The position numbers and the translations under genes were made by a program. This document shows positions 40,101 to 53,024 of a stretch of DNA of 64,000 bases, one piece after another. Positions within the stretch are counted from its first letter, which is position 1. Each line of letters opens with the position of its first letter. The DNA is from Azolla caroliniana (lineage: Eukaryota > Plantae > Polypodiophyta). A model generated the notes under the pieces. It was not told the DNA's origin. It saw nothing but the letters and a program-made list of their open reading frames with translations, and did not search any database. The DNA is taken from assembly GCA_043228905.1 (NCBI GenBank), contig JBHGNT010000010.1, forward strand, positions 21,762,001 to 21,826,000. The letters run 5' to 3'.

Positions 40101-40754
40101 TGATAAGTAGTTTTGAAAATACCTCTTCTATGTTAAAAAAAGATCGTAAATACTCTTTCCTACTTATTTAGTACATCGTATAAAGCTGAAAATGTTGGTT
40201 TGCCTTCCAAAGAAATTTGCATATATGTATCTAAAATGTATAATGGACAATGGCATCATACTTTAGAACAAATTTGTATCCACTTAAACATATCATGACC
40301 TCATGTTAGAAATTCACACGAATGATAGAAAATAGTTTATTTTGTGTACACGTGTGGATGTAAAAGACATTGTTTTATTATGACGTATGAGCAAAGCAAC
40401 AACATTTACACTATTCTTGTTTCAACAAATTTGCCTCCATGGCTCTTGTGTATGTGCTTGGTGGTGACATACCCAATCTGTCTTGGCTAATGCAAAATAA
40501 TATACCTTATACATGTTGGGCAACACAAAACAAATGTCAATAAATTAAAGGAGCAGAGTATGGATGAACCATGATGATGAGAGCCATGGTCAAGAATCAC
40601 ACTCAACTTGTTGTTTAGCCTCCTCGGGATATTGCTATAGAAAGATGAGAAACAAACACATGGGTCATCCATATCCTTCTAAAGATAACTATTTTGAATA
40701 TAAACACCAAAGAGATCGCATGTGCCTTTTCACCAACATGATAAAATGCATATT

Positions 40755-41070
40755 TAAAGAAAAACAAACTCTGTTGGTCAACTATATCTTGACATATTGA
40801 ATAGCTTATGTGTTCTTCACATTCTTATTTTTTCCATTTGGAAAATTGTGGTTCTACTTCGGAAGAATAGCAGACTCATATAGAATATGATATCGTCACC
40901 CTCATGCCATTTAAAGAACAACAAACTCCGGATGACATTGGTCAACTATACCATGAAAACTTGAATAGGTTATGTGTTTGTCACATTCTTATTTTTCTCC
41001 ATTTGGAAAATTGTGATGCTACTTGAAAAGAATACCAAATAGAATTTGAATTTGTCACCTTCATGGCATT
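40755..41070. repeat. Diverged ~170-bp tandem duplication
   Basis: ttggtcaactata...ttgaatag.ttatgtgtt..tcacattcttattttt..catttggaaaattgtg occurs at ~40774 and ~40938. Confidence 0.8.
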
Positions 41071-44000
41071 TAAACTAACAACAGACATTTCTGTTACATT
41101 CACAAAAAACCATAACCATCATGAAGCCCACAACACAATGACTCCGACAAATTTATATTGAAGTAACAACAATAACAATTGGTGTTAAGACAATCGTGGA
41201 AAAGAGATGAGAGAGAGGTGGCAAGAACATGGGGAGATGATAGTGGATGTTGTTAGTCGAGCAACAACAAGGATAGATCATAGGAGCATGCAGGGTGAGG
41301 GGAGATGCATTTGGCAATAAATGCTTTATGGCATCCAACACACTAACGTTATTGCTACAATGGTTTCGAGTTTATTGTTAAATTTCTTCTAAATGTTTCT
41401 TTTATTGCAATATTGTTTAAACCATTGAGTCAACAAAAGTTGCATTGTTGCTAAACATTGGTACCACTTGCAAGTAGGTTTGTCTTCATTTCGTGCTTGC
41501 ATTACATGTAGATTATCTTCATCTTGAAAACATCATGACATAGCCCTATTAATATGCAAGAACTAAATTATTAAAGAATCTAATTCAAGAACTACATTAA
41601 GAACTAATTAGCTTCTCCTGTCTCAAATCAAGCGCAAGTGACATGGTTTTGGTGAAAAAGGAGATCGAGTTGTAGAATATATGTATTCGATGCTTAATAG
41701 TCAAACATGGTAAAAAAAGAACAAGTAGGCATTAAACACGAAATGCAATAAAAGAGTTTTCTTGCATAGCTTAGGCAAGATTATGTTTGACTAATCGATG
41801 CAACAATTTTTTAATATGGTATGTGTATGTTTAGGAAACCTGTGTTTAAAGTTAATTAGGCACGTCCTAATAAGATGTCTCTTACATCAAATATTGGAAA
41901 ATGTGATATGAAATGTATTAAGTGTTTTTGGTTGAGAGAGAACTAGACGTCGTGAAACATGGTGATGACTTATCTTAGACACGTGGAGTCACTTATATGT
42001 TGCCAATCCATAAATTTCGGTTCTACACATTAATTTTTATGCCATGATTCTTTCAGATGAACTATGTGGCATATCATTGCATTGAACTAATGACATAAGG
42101 GTCATCATAATCGATGCATAGTATTTTATGTTCATCATTCTCCTTGTTTTGGGTTTTTATGCATGGCTTTAATCCAAAATATGTGTGAAAATCATGTTCT
42201 TGTACATATCAAACCCACTTGATTAGAAGATTGTTATGTATCAACAACCCCACCTGATTCCATCTTTTCAAGTTGTAAGGATGTAGAAAAGTTAAGAGTG
42301 GGGGGATCGATATCGTGAAAATAAAGAGCCACCTATTTCCCTTTTAAAATCCTAAATGGTCACGTCCTAACATACTAAGTTATGTGCATAAGATATTGTA
42401 GCACAAGGATAAACTGAACACTAGTAGTAAAGGGGTTAACCTATTGGCTATGATATTAGTTGTGAGTTGGCCCCAACAACACGACCTTAATGCATCCCAA
42501 AAGACATTGTTTGAGTAAGTCCTTATAGGTTGCATGAGTTCATAAGAAATGGGATCCAACACCCACAATCTTTTTACGCATACTAGTTTTCCACACAAAC
42601 ATATTTTTTTAACCAATGGTGATATTACCATTCACTTATTATAAGTTTTCAATATCTTCAATCTCTTCAACAATAGCACAATTCTTGCGCCCAAATGTTT
42701 TATCAAAGGCTCACCTTTATAACACTTATTTATCATAATCTAATTACTTCTCCTCATACTAACAAAGATAGTTGTGTACTTTCTCTTTTTCCAAGAAATT
42801 CTACATAATCTTTACCTTAAAGGAATCCCGTTGGATAGTTCTTTATCATACTAGTGTCTTGGACATATGAGAATCTTAGCCTCAATTTCAAATGTTTTAA
42901 ATGATCGTGTGTATTGTTATTGACTCCTCACCCAGTTTAAAAGGATCTATTTTCGCATACGTGTCCTTTTTTCTCTTGAACTGTGGTCCATAACCTTGCC
43001 TAGTCACGACATCAAACCCCGTTGGGTGAATCGTGTGGAAATTTCACCAATACATCATCAAAGCCAATCTTTCCTTGGTATATGATGCCAACTTAGGAGG
43101 ATCGTATTGCAAATAAGCTTGTTGATGCAAAATTTGACTAATTTTCAACAACATGCGGTAACTCCAAAGAACCAGACATTTCTATGATTGAAAAGGAGTT
43201 AGAAAATTTTAGTTCTGTCTTAAAAATGTTGAAACTTGAACTCATACCACCCTAAATAGATTACCCTTGTGATCTGGCTAAAAATGAGTGTTTGATGCTT
43301 GGGCTCTTAAACAAGTATCTTTAGCTTGAAGGCATACTTACACAATACACTCTAGCACAAGGTCAACATGTTTCTTTTCCCTATATTAAAGAGTTTAAAC
43401 TTGCAAGAATCACAGTTGATTTACTCTATTTGCTAGCATTCCAATAGCTTTACACAAGTGGTGACACTTCTAGGTTTTTGGTTGCAATCGTATTGTATTA
43501 ACTTCTACTAGTTATCAGTAATAGAAAAATTACCGAAAGGGCATAAGTGTTTGGGGACCAAATGGGTGTCAAACTTGTTGTTTGGGAGCATTAATAAAGG
43601 AGGATACATATGGCGAAAACAAGACTTCGATTTCGATTCTTGTGATTCGATAAGGCTAAAATAAAAGCGAAAAGCTAATAGCGAACACCCTTTGTTTTTA
43701 GTTAAGAATGGGTGGATGTGAGAGGACCTTTGAAGAATTGAAGGGGCATTTTTCATCAACTTTTGTTCTTGTTCGGGCAAAATGTGATATGGGACATCGA
43801 GAAAAACAAAAGACACTTTTGAACTTAAAAAAAGAGATCCATTTCCTCTCCCTTTGACTGTTCTTCTCTACACCTTCTTGTTTTCGTTTATTTATTTATT
43901 GTGTGTTTTTTTTTTCCTCCTAAAATACCGTTTCCCCTGGTTGATGCACACGCGTCCTCCACCGAAAAAACAAAAATATTAAAATATGCTCATATTTTAG

Positions 44001-46306
44001 AGATATTACAAATGTGCATATGTATCTTTTCAAGTTTATCAAAACGTTACTTGGTCAAGATTATCAAGCTCCTCCTAATCACATGGAACTATAAGATTGA
44101 ACATTTAATGAATGGGACATAATATACCTTTAGAGGCTAAATTAGCTTAATTTGTCGAATTATGATGAATCACAAGTAATCTAGAGTATACATATTCGAT
44201 TGGGCAAACTAGGGTAATGCATACTCTTAAGTATATCTTACTCCGATTCATCTTAATTGTCATGTGATAAGGAGCCTCAGCTTTGATCAAGCATTTGCGG
44301 TAATTCTGAAATAAACAAAAGTATTTTCGTAAAGATATGTTGTACATACTTATATATATTTTTTACTGTAAAGCTAATGAATATTTGTATAAAGTTCACA
44401 ACTTTAGCTTTATACCAGGTCATATGATCCATCCTAGTTGTTTACGCAAAATGAGGCAAATGAATGTACCTTAATAGTGTCTTGATGTTGATATAACATG
44501 AGTGTGTGTGTGTGTGACTAGTATATCCATACCCCTTGAATGTGGTCATATAGCAAATGAATGTAGCTTAATAGTGGCTTGATATTGGTACAACATGTGT
44601 TTGTGACTATTATATCCATGCCTCATGAATGTGATCACATACCATTTTTCGACAAATCTTTTTTCTTGATTTCTACTATGTCTTTCTACATCAAGATACT
44701 ATATATCCTTCTAATTTCTGGTAGTGGTTTGATAGAAGCTAGCGCGTTGAGACAATTTTCCATTAAGTACCCATTGTTATGTTGAAGATTGCATGAACCG
44801 TCTATTGCTAGATTGTGCATTCAATATATATTGAAAGAATAATTAGCTAGTATACCAAGCTAATATGATATAATGGTCATGCTCATTGCTGACCATGAAA
44901 TAGACCTTCTTGAAATACTTGACAAGTGTCCATCAAGTATAGAGGATGTTCAAACAAGTTCACTGCTTTACATGAGAATGCAAGAGTGATCGAAAGAGTT
45001 GAGGCCTCGAGAATGACGTACCCCTTATTGTTGAGCGTTTTATGTAATGACAAAAAGAGATTTCTGTGTTTAAACGAATTGTGAGATGCCTAAGTTAGGT
45101 GTTAAGGTAGAAGTCATTAGTATCCTTGAAAGACTTAGAAGATATAAACCAACTCTAAACAACCAAGTCAATAATAGCCCACAAGGATAGTAGAGCACTA
45201 GAAATATAATACGGTGGTGTGGTGTAATATAAAGACATATGTGATCTTGCAATATCGTCATTGCCAGCTAGAGACTCCATAAAGATTATAAAATTAATGT
45301 GGTTTAATAATCATGCATAGGCATAGGAAAATCTTCCACCAAAATCAAGGTCTATGGAGTGGAAGTCCTTTAAAATGTTGTCGAAAAGACTAGGTGATTG
45401 ATCTAATCCATTCCATTGATGGTGGTTCTGTGCCTGCGTGCGTGCTCACACAAACAACTAAACAAAACAAAGTGCAAATTGCATAAGGGCTCCTTGTTCA
45501 GACGAATCTCTCACTATTGCAGAAAGCAAAAAAGACATATTGTCTTCTTCCTAGAAAGTGTGGTTATAAAGTCAAATTTTGAATGGGTTTGTCAATTCAA
45601 CTTTAGTTGTTGGATAGTTCCATAGAGACTCACATTGATCTTGTTAAGAGTTCTCGCGCAAGAGGACAAGCATGAGAAAAACGCGAGTTCAACCAAGGAC
45701 TTGGAGCTATGTTTTAAAACTCTCGAAAAGAGGGAAACATTAGTTGCACTACACACTATACTATGTTTATAAGGGACTACTAGATAAAAGTGGCTAGACG
45801 TAAAGTTAAGTCGGACATGTCAGCAAGTTGACGAAATTTACGTTAGTAGGTATCCAAAGCAAGCCACACATTGTTCATGGAGAAGGCAAGGTTGAATTGC
45901 TATAACATCCATCACACAAAATGTAAAGCGCCATGAGGCAAGCTCAAAAACGGTTACCTACTGCTATGAAAGGATACGAGGACATTATATTAAATCCACG
46001 TAGGTTCAGAGGGATCATGAATATGGAAACATAGGTTGCAATCGAAGATGGGGGAAGGTTTGTAGAACTTAGGGGAAAAACAAAGCGAAAACAAGATGTC
46101 AAAGGTCAGTTGTGGCATGGCAAGGGTCATACAAGTGTTACAGTAAGATGGTGAGTTCTGACACGAGGTGCTGAAAAGAAAAGAAATCCGCGCTTCCGGA
46201 TATGTAATTCCGATGAAGGGGCTACGGGCCGGACGACAGAAGCTCGAGTTTGTTCTCGAGTTTGTTCGTGGTGTGGGGGGTGGGGGTCTTGGGGTTCATC
46301 TTTGGA

Positions 46307-46807
46307 CACGTGACAGGAGTTAAAATAAAAAGAAAAGAAAGGGTTGTGGAGAGATAGATGGACATATTATTGGTATGAAGAGGTTAGTGGAGGGAGATAC
46401 ATACATACATACATATGTAACATAAACATTGAGGTATTAAAAGGAGGTGCGGTCACGTGAGAGCACGTGACCAGAGACGACAGTGTTAACTACAGGGGGC
46501 CAAGTTCCACCCGCCCCAACCCATAAGGGATGGATGGAGGGGACCGCATAATGTGAGCTGAGTCTTCCACCTCCTCCTCTTTTCTTTTCAAGCTTTTCTT
46601 AATTTTCTCTAAGCAGCGATTAAGGATATCAGATTGAAAGGCTTTGCGGAATACTGTATGTGCAGTGAAATACATACATACATACATACATACATACATC
46701 TGAGAATCAATGGATTAGTTAGTAGAAACCCATAATTAGCAGAGATATGAGATTGAGGGGCGTCTGATTACTCGGACTGTGTGTGGGTGTGTGTTGTGTG
46801 ACACGTG
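46307..46807 (+). promoter_or_regulatory. Cluster of four G-boxes (CACGTG) upstream of SMXL at 46307, 46454, 46464 and 46802
   Basis: Directly visible; the middle pair forms the near-palindrome ggtcacgtg-agag-cacgtgacc. Function is inferred. Confidence 0.6.
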
Positions 46808-47032
46808 CTGAAAAAATTGGAATCGATTGGAATTCCATTAGCAGATCTAGACTCCAGGGGCTTTTTCCCCAGATTAATTGATTGATTGGTTGGTTGATTG
46901 ATTGATTAGTGGAGGCTACCTACGAATCCATCCATTTCTTTAAGCAGGGCAGGGGAGTGGGATCAGATTAAGGAGGAGAAGGAAGAAGAAGAAGAAGAAG
47001 AAGAAGAAGGGATTTATTTGAGGATTTAGAAT

Positions 47033-47432
47033 ATGCAGCAGCAGCAGCAACGAGCGAGCGGGGGGGGGCCGGTGGTGGCGGTGGTGCAGAGCCTGACGCC
47101 CGAAGCGGCGCGGATCCTGAAGCAGGCGGTGGCGGAGGCGGCGAAGCGCGGCCACGCGCAGGCCACGCCTCTGCACGTGGCAGCCTGCCTGCTGCTCGCA
47201 CCCAACAGCCCTCTGCGAGCCGCATGCCTTCATGTCATCACTAACAACAACAACAACAATAATAATAATGGTAATGGTGGCCATGGCGATGGCGGTAATG
47301 GTGGTAGTATGGGCCCCGCCGCCCATCCATACAACAACAACAACTGCGATGAGAAGGCCAATGAGCGGGCCACGCGGATCGGGATCGGAAACATGGGCCC
47401 CTCCTCATCCTCATCGACCCATCATCATCCTC

Positions 47433-47474
<42 letters not shown>

Positions 47475-50400
47475 ACTGTGGCATGCCACGCTGCCGCGCA
47501 TTGGAGCTCTGTTTCAACATTGCTCTCGACCGGCTCAACCAGAGCCAGGCGGCTTCTTCAGCCACGCCTCTCCCTACTACTACTACTACTACTACTACTC
47601 CCTCCTCGCCTTTCCTTACCACCCACAGTAATAACAGCTATGCCCCCTCCTATTCCAATGCTCTGGTCGCTGCCTTGAAGCGCGCCCAAGCCCACCAGAG
47701 GCGAGGCTGCCCAGAGCAGCTGCAACAGCAGCAGGCGCAGGCCCCCCTTCTGGGAGTGAGAGTGGAGCTCCTGCAGCTCGTCGTCTCCATCCTGGACGAC
47801 CCCAGCGTGAGCCGCGTCATGCGCGAGGCCGGCTTCAGCAGCACGGCGGTCAAATTGCACCTCGAAGAAGAAATCATCATGGCCGCCGCTGTTAACCATA
47901 ACCATACCACTACCACCACCAATACTACTACTACTACTACTACTATTACTACTACTACTACTAATAATAATAATACCACCAATATAATGAACTCTGTCAA
48001 TCCCCCTCTTCATCATAATCAACAGCAATTGATGATGATGATGAACCATTGCAACCCTAGTAATATTATTGCTTACAATTACCAGAATGGCAAATATGCC
48101 TGCAAAGAGTATATGAACCCTGCTGTTACCACCACCACCACCATTGCCGCTGGTTCAGCACACCATATTCACCCTGTACTTAATAACAACGGTCATAATG
48201 ATGCGCTTCTCAACAATCTTGAGCACCTCCACAAGTTTGCTCATCCTCATCCTTCTCCACCTCCTCCTCCTTCTCCTCTTCATCATCATCATCAACATCA
48301 TCGTCAATATGGAGATAATTATTCACCTGCAAGCCAATATATGACGATCAGTAGTAGTATCAATCCACTGCCCAACCATAACCATAGCGATAGCCATATT
48401 AGTCATAATCCAGCCATGGGTCAGATCATTAATCAGCGTCATGAACCAGTGTCAAGAATAAAGCATCATGGTGCCTCCAGCTGTTTAACACCTTTGAGGT
48501 AAATAAGAATAATACTACAGTTATTCATACATAATTCCTTTCAATGTTAACGCAAGACATTATAATGTAAAACTAGTCTCAATTAGCGTATCTCATCTCA
48601 CGGCACTATATTCCTTCTCAATCCAACAAATTCAATATAAACTTCATCTGAATATAATATGTGTTTTTCTAAAAACCGATTTAGATTGAGAAAATATGAG
48701 TTCGTCATAACCATAATTGCACATGGGAAAACATGAATGATGTAATTGGGCATGCCTTCATGGAAACATGCTTCCTCTGGCACATTAGCCACCCTGCTCA
48801 ATATAATGTTCGGCCAGGGACACAAGGGCAATTTTGGGCTGACCATTGATCTCTCATGGGAATTCAATTAGCTCTCCCAGTTTGGGCTCACATGAAAGAG
48901 TAGGGTATACTCTGGTATTATATATTCAGGCTTTTTTTGTGTGTGTCAGAAAAAAATAACTTTGTAAAATCCATGGACTCATTCTCGTTAAAAATGATCA
49001 TTGATGCATGCATGGGATGGCTGTTTCCCTCCTTATTCCATTTAAGGTTGCCCTTAAATCATCACATCCTTAGATCAATGAATAATATAGTTGGGTTGAG
49101 CTCTGTATATGCATCTGCACTGAAATTCTGACCCGAAATTTGAAAAACGAATATTCATGTAGGTATGAAGGAAGACACAATTCGGAGTCGCTAACATTAT
49201 CGCTACAGAGGCCTCCATCACCCGAACAAATTACAGTGCATCCAGAATCGAGCATCAGTTATATGCCTCCTGAATTAGAGCTGGAGACCAATAATATCGA
49301 TTCACGACAATTCTCGGACACATCATGTTGTTCGGATTGCACGATGAAGTACGAGAAAGAGGCTCACTTAATGATGTTATGCGAAGAAGAGCGATTCTAC
49401 AATGGGCATGAGTCAAATTCACCCTTATCCTGTTCTTCTTCAGTGGAACCCCCGACAAATTGCACTACAATTGTAAAAACAAGCCCTCCATCTGATGTTT
49501 TTCAGCTGCCTTCATGGCTTCAAAAAGCTCTTTCGGGTGTGGGTGGTGAAAACAGAGTCATTTCAGCTTCAACACCTAGTGCTGCTCAGGTAACTATTTC
49601 AAATTGCCTTTTATGATTGATTGTAAGGAAATGGAGTCTATCTTAAGGCCTCTCTAAGGATACATACTACTGTTATATATCTCGTGTTTTTTGTCATCCA
49701 AATTGAATTTTTTTGACTCATAATAGGGAGCTAATTTTTTAATCTTTGTACTGTAATGTAAACTAGGCCACCAGAGAGAACAAGATAGTATCCCAGAGAT
49801 TGAAAGAGCTACAGAACAAGTGGAGTCAAGCGTGCAAGAGTCTTAATCACAATGGTGCCCATTCGAACAATGACAACTATGTTATCCCCAATCTAAATCT
49901 GTCACTAGATTTACAACTGCAATCATCCTCTAGTTCTTGCACCCAAGCCTCTTCCATAAATCCGCCTCCTGAGCCTATATTAAATGTTCAGAAGAAATCA
50001 AGGTTGAATATATCTGAAAATCCTGCTCGCCATCAGAAAAATGGAAGTATGGATGACGATGATGCTCTCATGAGACTTTGCAAAGGGCTTCACAAGAGAG
50101 TGAGCTGGCAACCACGTGTCATCTCCACATTGGCCCATACCGTGGCACTATGCCGATCAGGTCTGGGAGTTAAGAGAGGCCTGAAAGGTTCGACCAGTTC
50201 ATCATGGTTACTCTTCTTGGGTGAGGATAGGCATGGCAAGAGAGAGATGGCAGAGGCATTGGCAGAGCTAGTATTTGGAGAAGGAAAGAAACCCATCTAC
50301 TTACAGTTCAATAAACCCACACTAATTTCATCATCATCAGAACTAATTTTTAAGAATGCTTTGGGTCTTTCCGCCACTAGAGGTAAGATGCCAATGGATA

Positions 50401-50975
50401 GCATGGTAGAAGCTTTGAGGGCAAATCCGTCTTCAGTTGTTTTGTTTGAAGATTTGGATTGGGCGGATTCAATGTCTCGAAACGCGCTATTGAAGGCCAT
50501 GGAGAAAGGAAGAATGGTGGACACTAATGGAAGAGATGTGAGCTTCAACAATGCCATTGTTATCATGACTAGTAGCTACCCTGGGACTAATACTAATTCT
50601 CAAGTTGGAACAAAGTTACATCATGTTAAAGTAGAAGAACCACCTCCATATTGCCAACAGGAGTCTTTAACTAATATGCACAATAAGAGAAAGGGAGGAT
50701 TATCCGATGACCTTAGATATGGCTCAACCACTAAGAGATCTTGCCTTAATGCTAGCGTATGTCTTGATTTGAATATGTCGGCCGAAGAGAATATTACCAA
50801 TGATGTCCCTGTAACTGACCATCACTGCATTACTTCCACCAATGGAGTCATCAAATCGCAATTCATCATTCCTGAAGATGAATCGGTGCTACGAGCATTT
50901 GCAAATAAACAACATTTGCAAGGCTTCTGTGACCTTGCTGATGCTGTTCTTGTCTTCGACCCACCTCCTGTTTAA
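47033..50975 (+). CDS. SMXL: SMAX1-LIKE (SMXL/D53 family, ClpB-related) transcriptional co-repressor, atypical. Exons 47033-48498, 49163-49589, 49767-50975 (1033 aa)
   Basis: Double Clp-N: [97 protein letters not shown] domain: [30 protein letters not shown]2: [52 protein letters not shown] motif LDLNM. Introns are phase 2 and phase 0; total 3102 nt = 1034 codons. Confidence 0.93.
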
Positions 50976-52139
50976 TCAATAACTATAACATTGCCATCAG
51001 ATGGGCAACATTCATGCCACTCAGCTTGAGGAGCTTTGTTAAAACAGTGCCTCATTTATTCGAAATTAGAGTCTTACTACCTTGAATGCAGCCGAATACT
51101 TCTTCATACATTATTCATCGGCATATCCAACCTGACCTCTTGCCTTATTGGACTCGCTCCGCCTGTCTCTATTAAAAGATTATATCCTCCCATGTATCAT
51201 ATCACACAGCAAACATGTATCTCACATCAACTCCACTATTACTGACATAAGATGTGCCATGCATATGGTTCGCCAAGTGCATAAAAATAGTTCTGACTCA
51301 TAAAGCATTCTTGAACCTTGCTCTATATGTAGTAATTATTTTACCTTAGTATATTGTTCTTTAGCTTTCTATCTTGTAACAAAACTATGAAGATATCCAT
51401 TGCTACTTCTATGCAATGCACCATCCCAAGAGAGTGTCCACCGAAATCAGGTTAATGGTTCATAATGCAATATATAAAAAGATATTTTGTTTGTTTATTG
51501 AAGAGAAGATGGAGGTTTATTTGAAGAATATGTTTAATCCATGGTCTTTCATCCTACATAATAATGTTGAACCACACCAGAGCATACAAATCTGCTAGCA
51601 TAGTAAAATGGCCTCATGTTGGTAAGCGTTCATCAAAACAAGGTTGATAGTATTTTAATCAAAAGCCTAAATAAGTACTCCCAATGAAGTCTTAAAACCG
51701 GTGTATTCCATGAATTTTCATACAAAACACACCCATCTTTGCAAACACCACCAACATGACGTAACCAAATTACATAGGTGTCCACTCCCGTCAGCATGAC
51801 ATGAAAATCCACAATACACAATTAGAGATCAAGCAATAATGGAAGAGCAGGAATGGGGCCAATAGACTTCACCGACAGAATTATCCATGGTCTGTATCTG
51901 AGTAAATGAAAGACTTTCTAGTTGCAAAACCCGACTTAAGCACGAAAATTTATTATCATGATGTTTTGGGAAAGTACCTTGACCTGAGTCTGAAGACCAA
52001 TATATTTCTTACCCAACTTCCTCAAGAGTCAAGAGACACAGGGCGAAGTTGTTTAAAGACAGCAATGCAACCACACAAGCTTAACAAAGTTCAAATCACA
52101 ACTTTCTTTAGCCCCATCCCTTGTGATTGGCAGATATAT

Positions 52140-52680
52140 CTCCATTCTGGATCGACCTATTCCAGAGATCTTTTGAAGACAAATTACAATACATCTGACT
52201 TGAAAATCTTACATGCATGGATTATAAGATTCTTTACACACTTTATATTCTTATTATATTGACTTTTTCCACTTGTTTACATTTATTTTGCTTTGATGTT
52301 CTCAAAGACGAGACAAGATTTTAAGACGTAAGTTCTTGTTTGGCCTTATAGGCCATGCTTCTGGCTTCTTAAATGATGTTAATATTTCTTTCTTTCTTCA
52401 ACAGATAAAAGCATATCTCCCGCTATTGCAGGTGCTTCCTTGCTTTGGAGACCTCTCCGTTCTAGATCAACCTATGATAGAGATATTTTGGAGACTAAAT
52501 ACAACATATCTGACTTGAGAATCTTACATGTACTCTTATTCCTTTTTTTTTTTACTTAGTTACACCTATTTTGGTTTGTAGTTCTCAAAGATGAGACAAC
52601 ACTTTAAGATGCAATCTCTTATTTGGTCTTATAGGTCATTATGACCTCTTAAAAATGTTAATACTTCTTTCTTTCTTTGA
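52140..52680. repeat. Diverged ~315-bp tandem duplication
   Basis: atctgacttga.aatcttacatg and gttctcaaaga.gagacaa...ttatagg.cat...atgttaata.ttctttctttctt each occur twice. Confidence 0.75.
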
Positions 52681-52842
52681 ATATCATCAGGGAGTTCTTT
52701 TATCTGAACCATCCAAACTGCACAGACTCCTTCGAATCCAAGAAGAACTTTTGGCCTTTCTTACCACTTCAATTACGGCAGATCCCCAAGAACATCTTTC
52801 TCTTTCTTGAAAATTATGTATCTTCTCATACTTCTCATTAAT

Positions 52843-53024
52843 ACTGAACTTCATCTCTTCGGTAAAGGGAGTGATGCAGTAACCTCCTTGAAATTCAATC
52901 CCATTGAATTTCAATAGGAGCACTCTGACCCCACTGAGCTTCGTCTCTTCGGTCAAGGGAGCGATGCAGTACCCTCCATGAAAGTCAATCCCATTGAATT
53001 TCGATAGAAGCACTCTGACCCCAC
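52843..53024. repeat. 90-bp tandem duplication (9 mismatches) inside the unassigned minus-strand ORF 52687-53100
   Basis: actga.cttc.tctcttcggt...cactctgacccc starts at 52843 and 52933. Confidence 0.93.

Noticed and set aside
46940-48344. Many overlapping ORFs on both strands within SMXL exon 1
   Set aside because: By-products of GC-rich and triplet-repeat sequence in alternative frames.
48499-49162. Hidden exon encoding the missing SMXL D1 domain
   Set aside because: Only short ORFs (48598-48867 minus, 48937-49131 plus) without SMXL motifs; exon 1 and exon 2 already join in phase.
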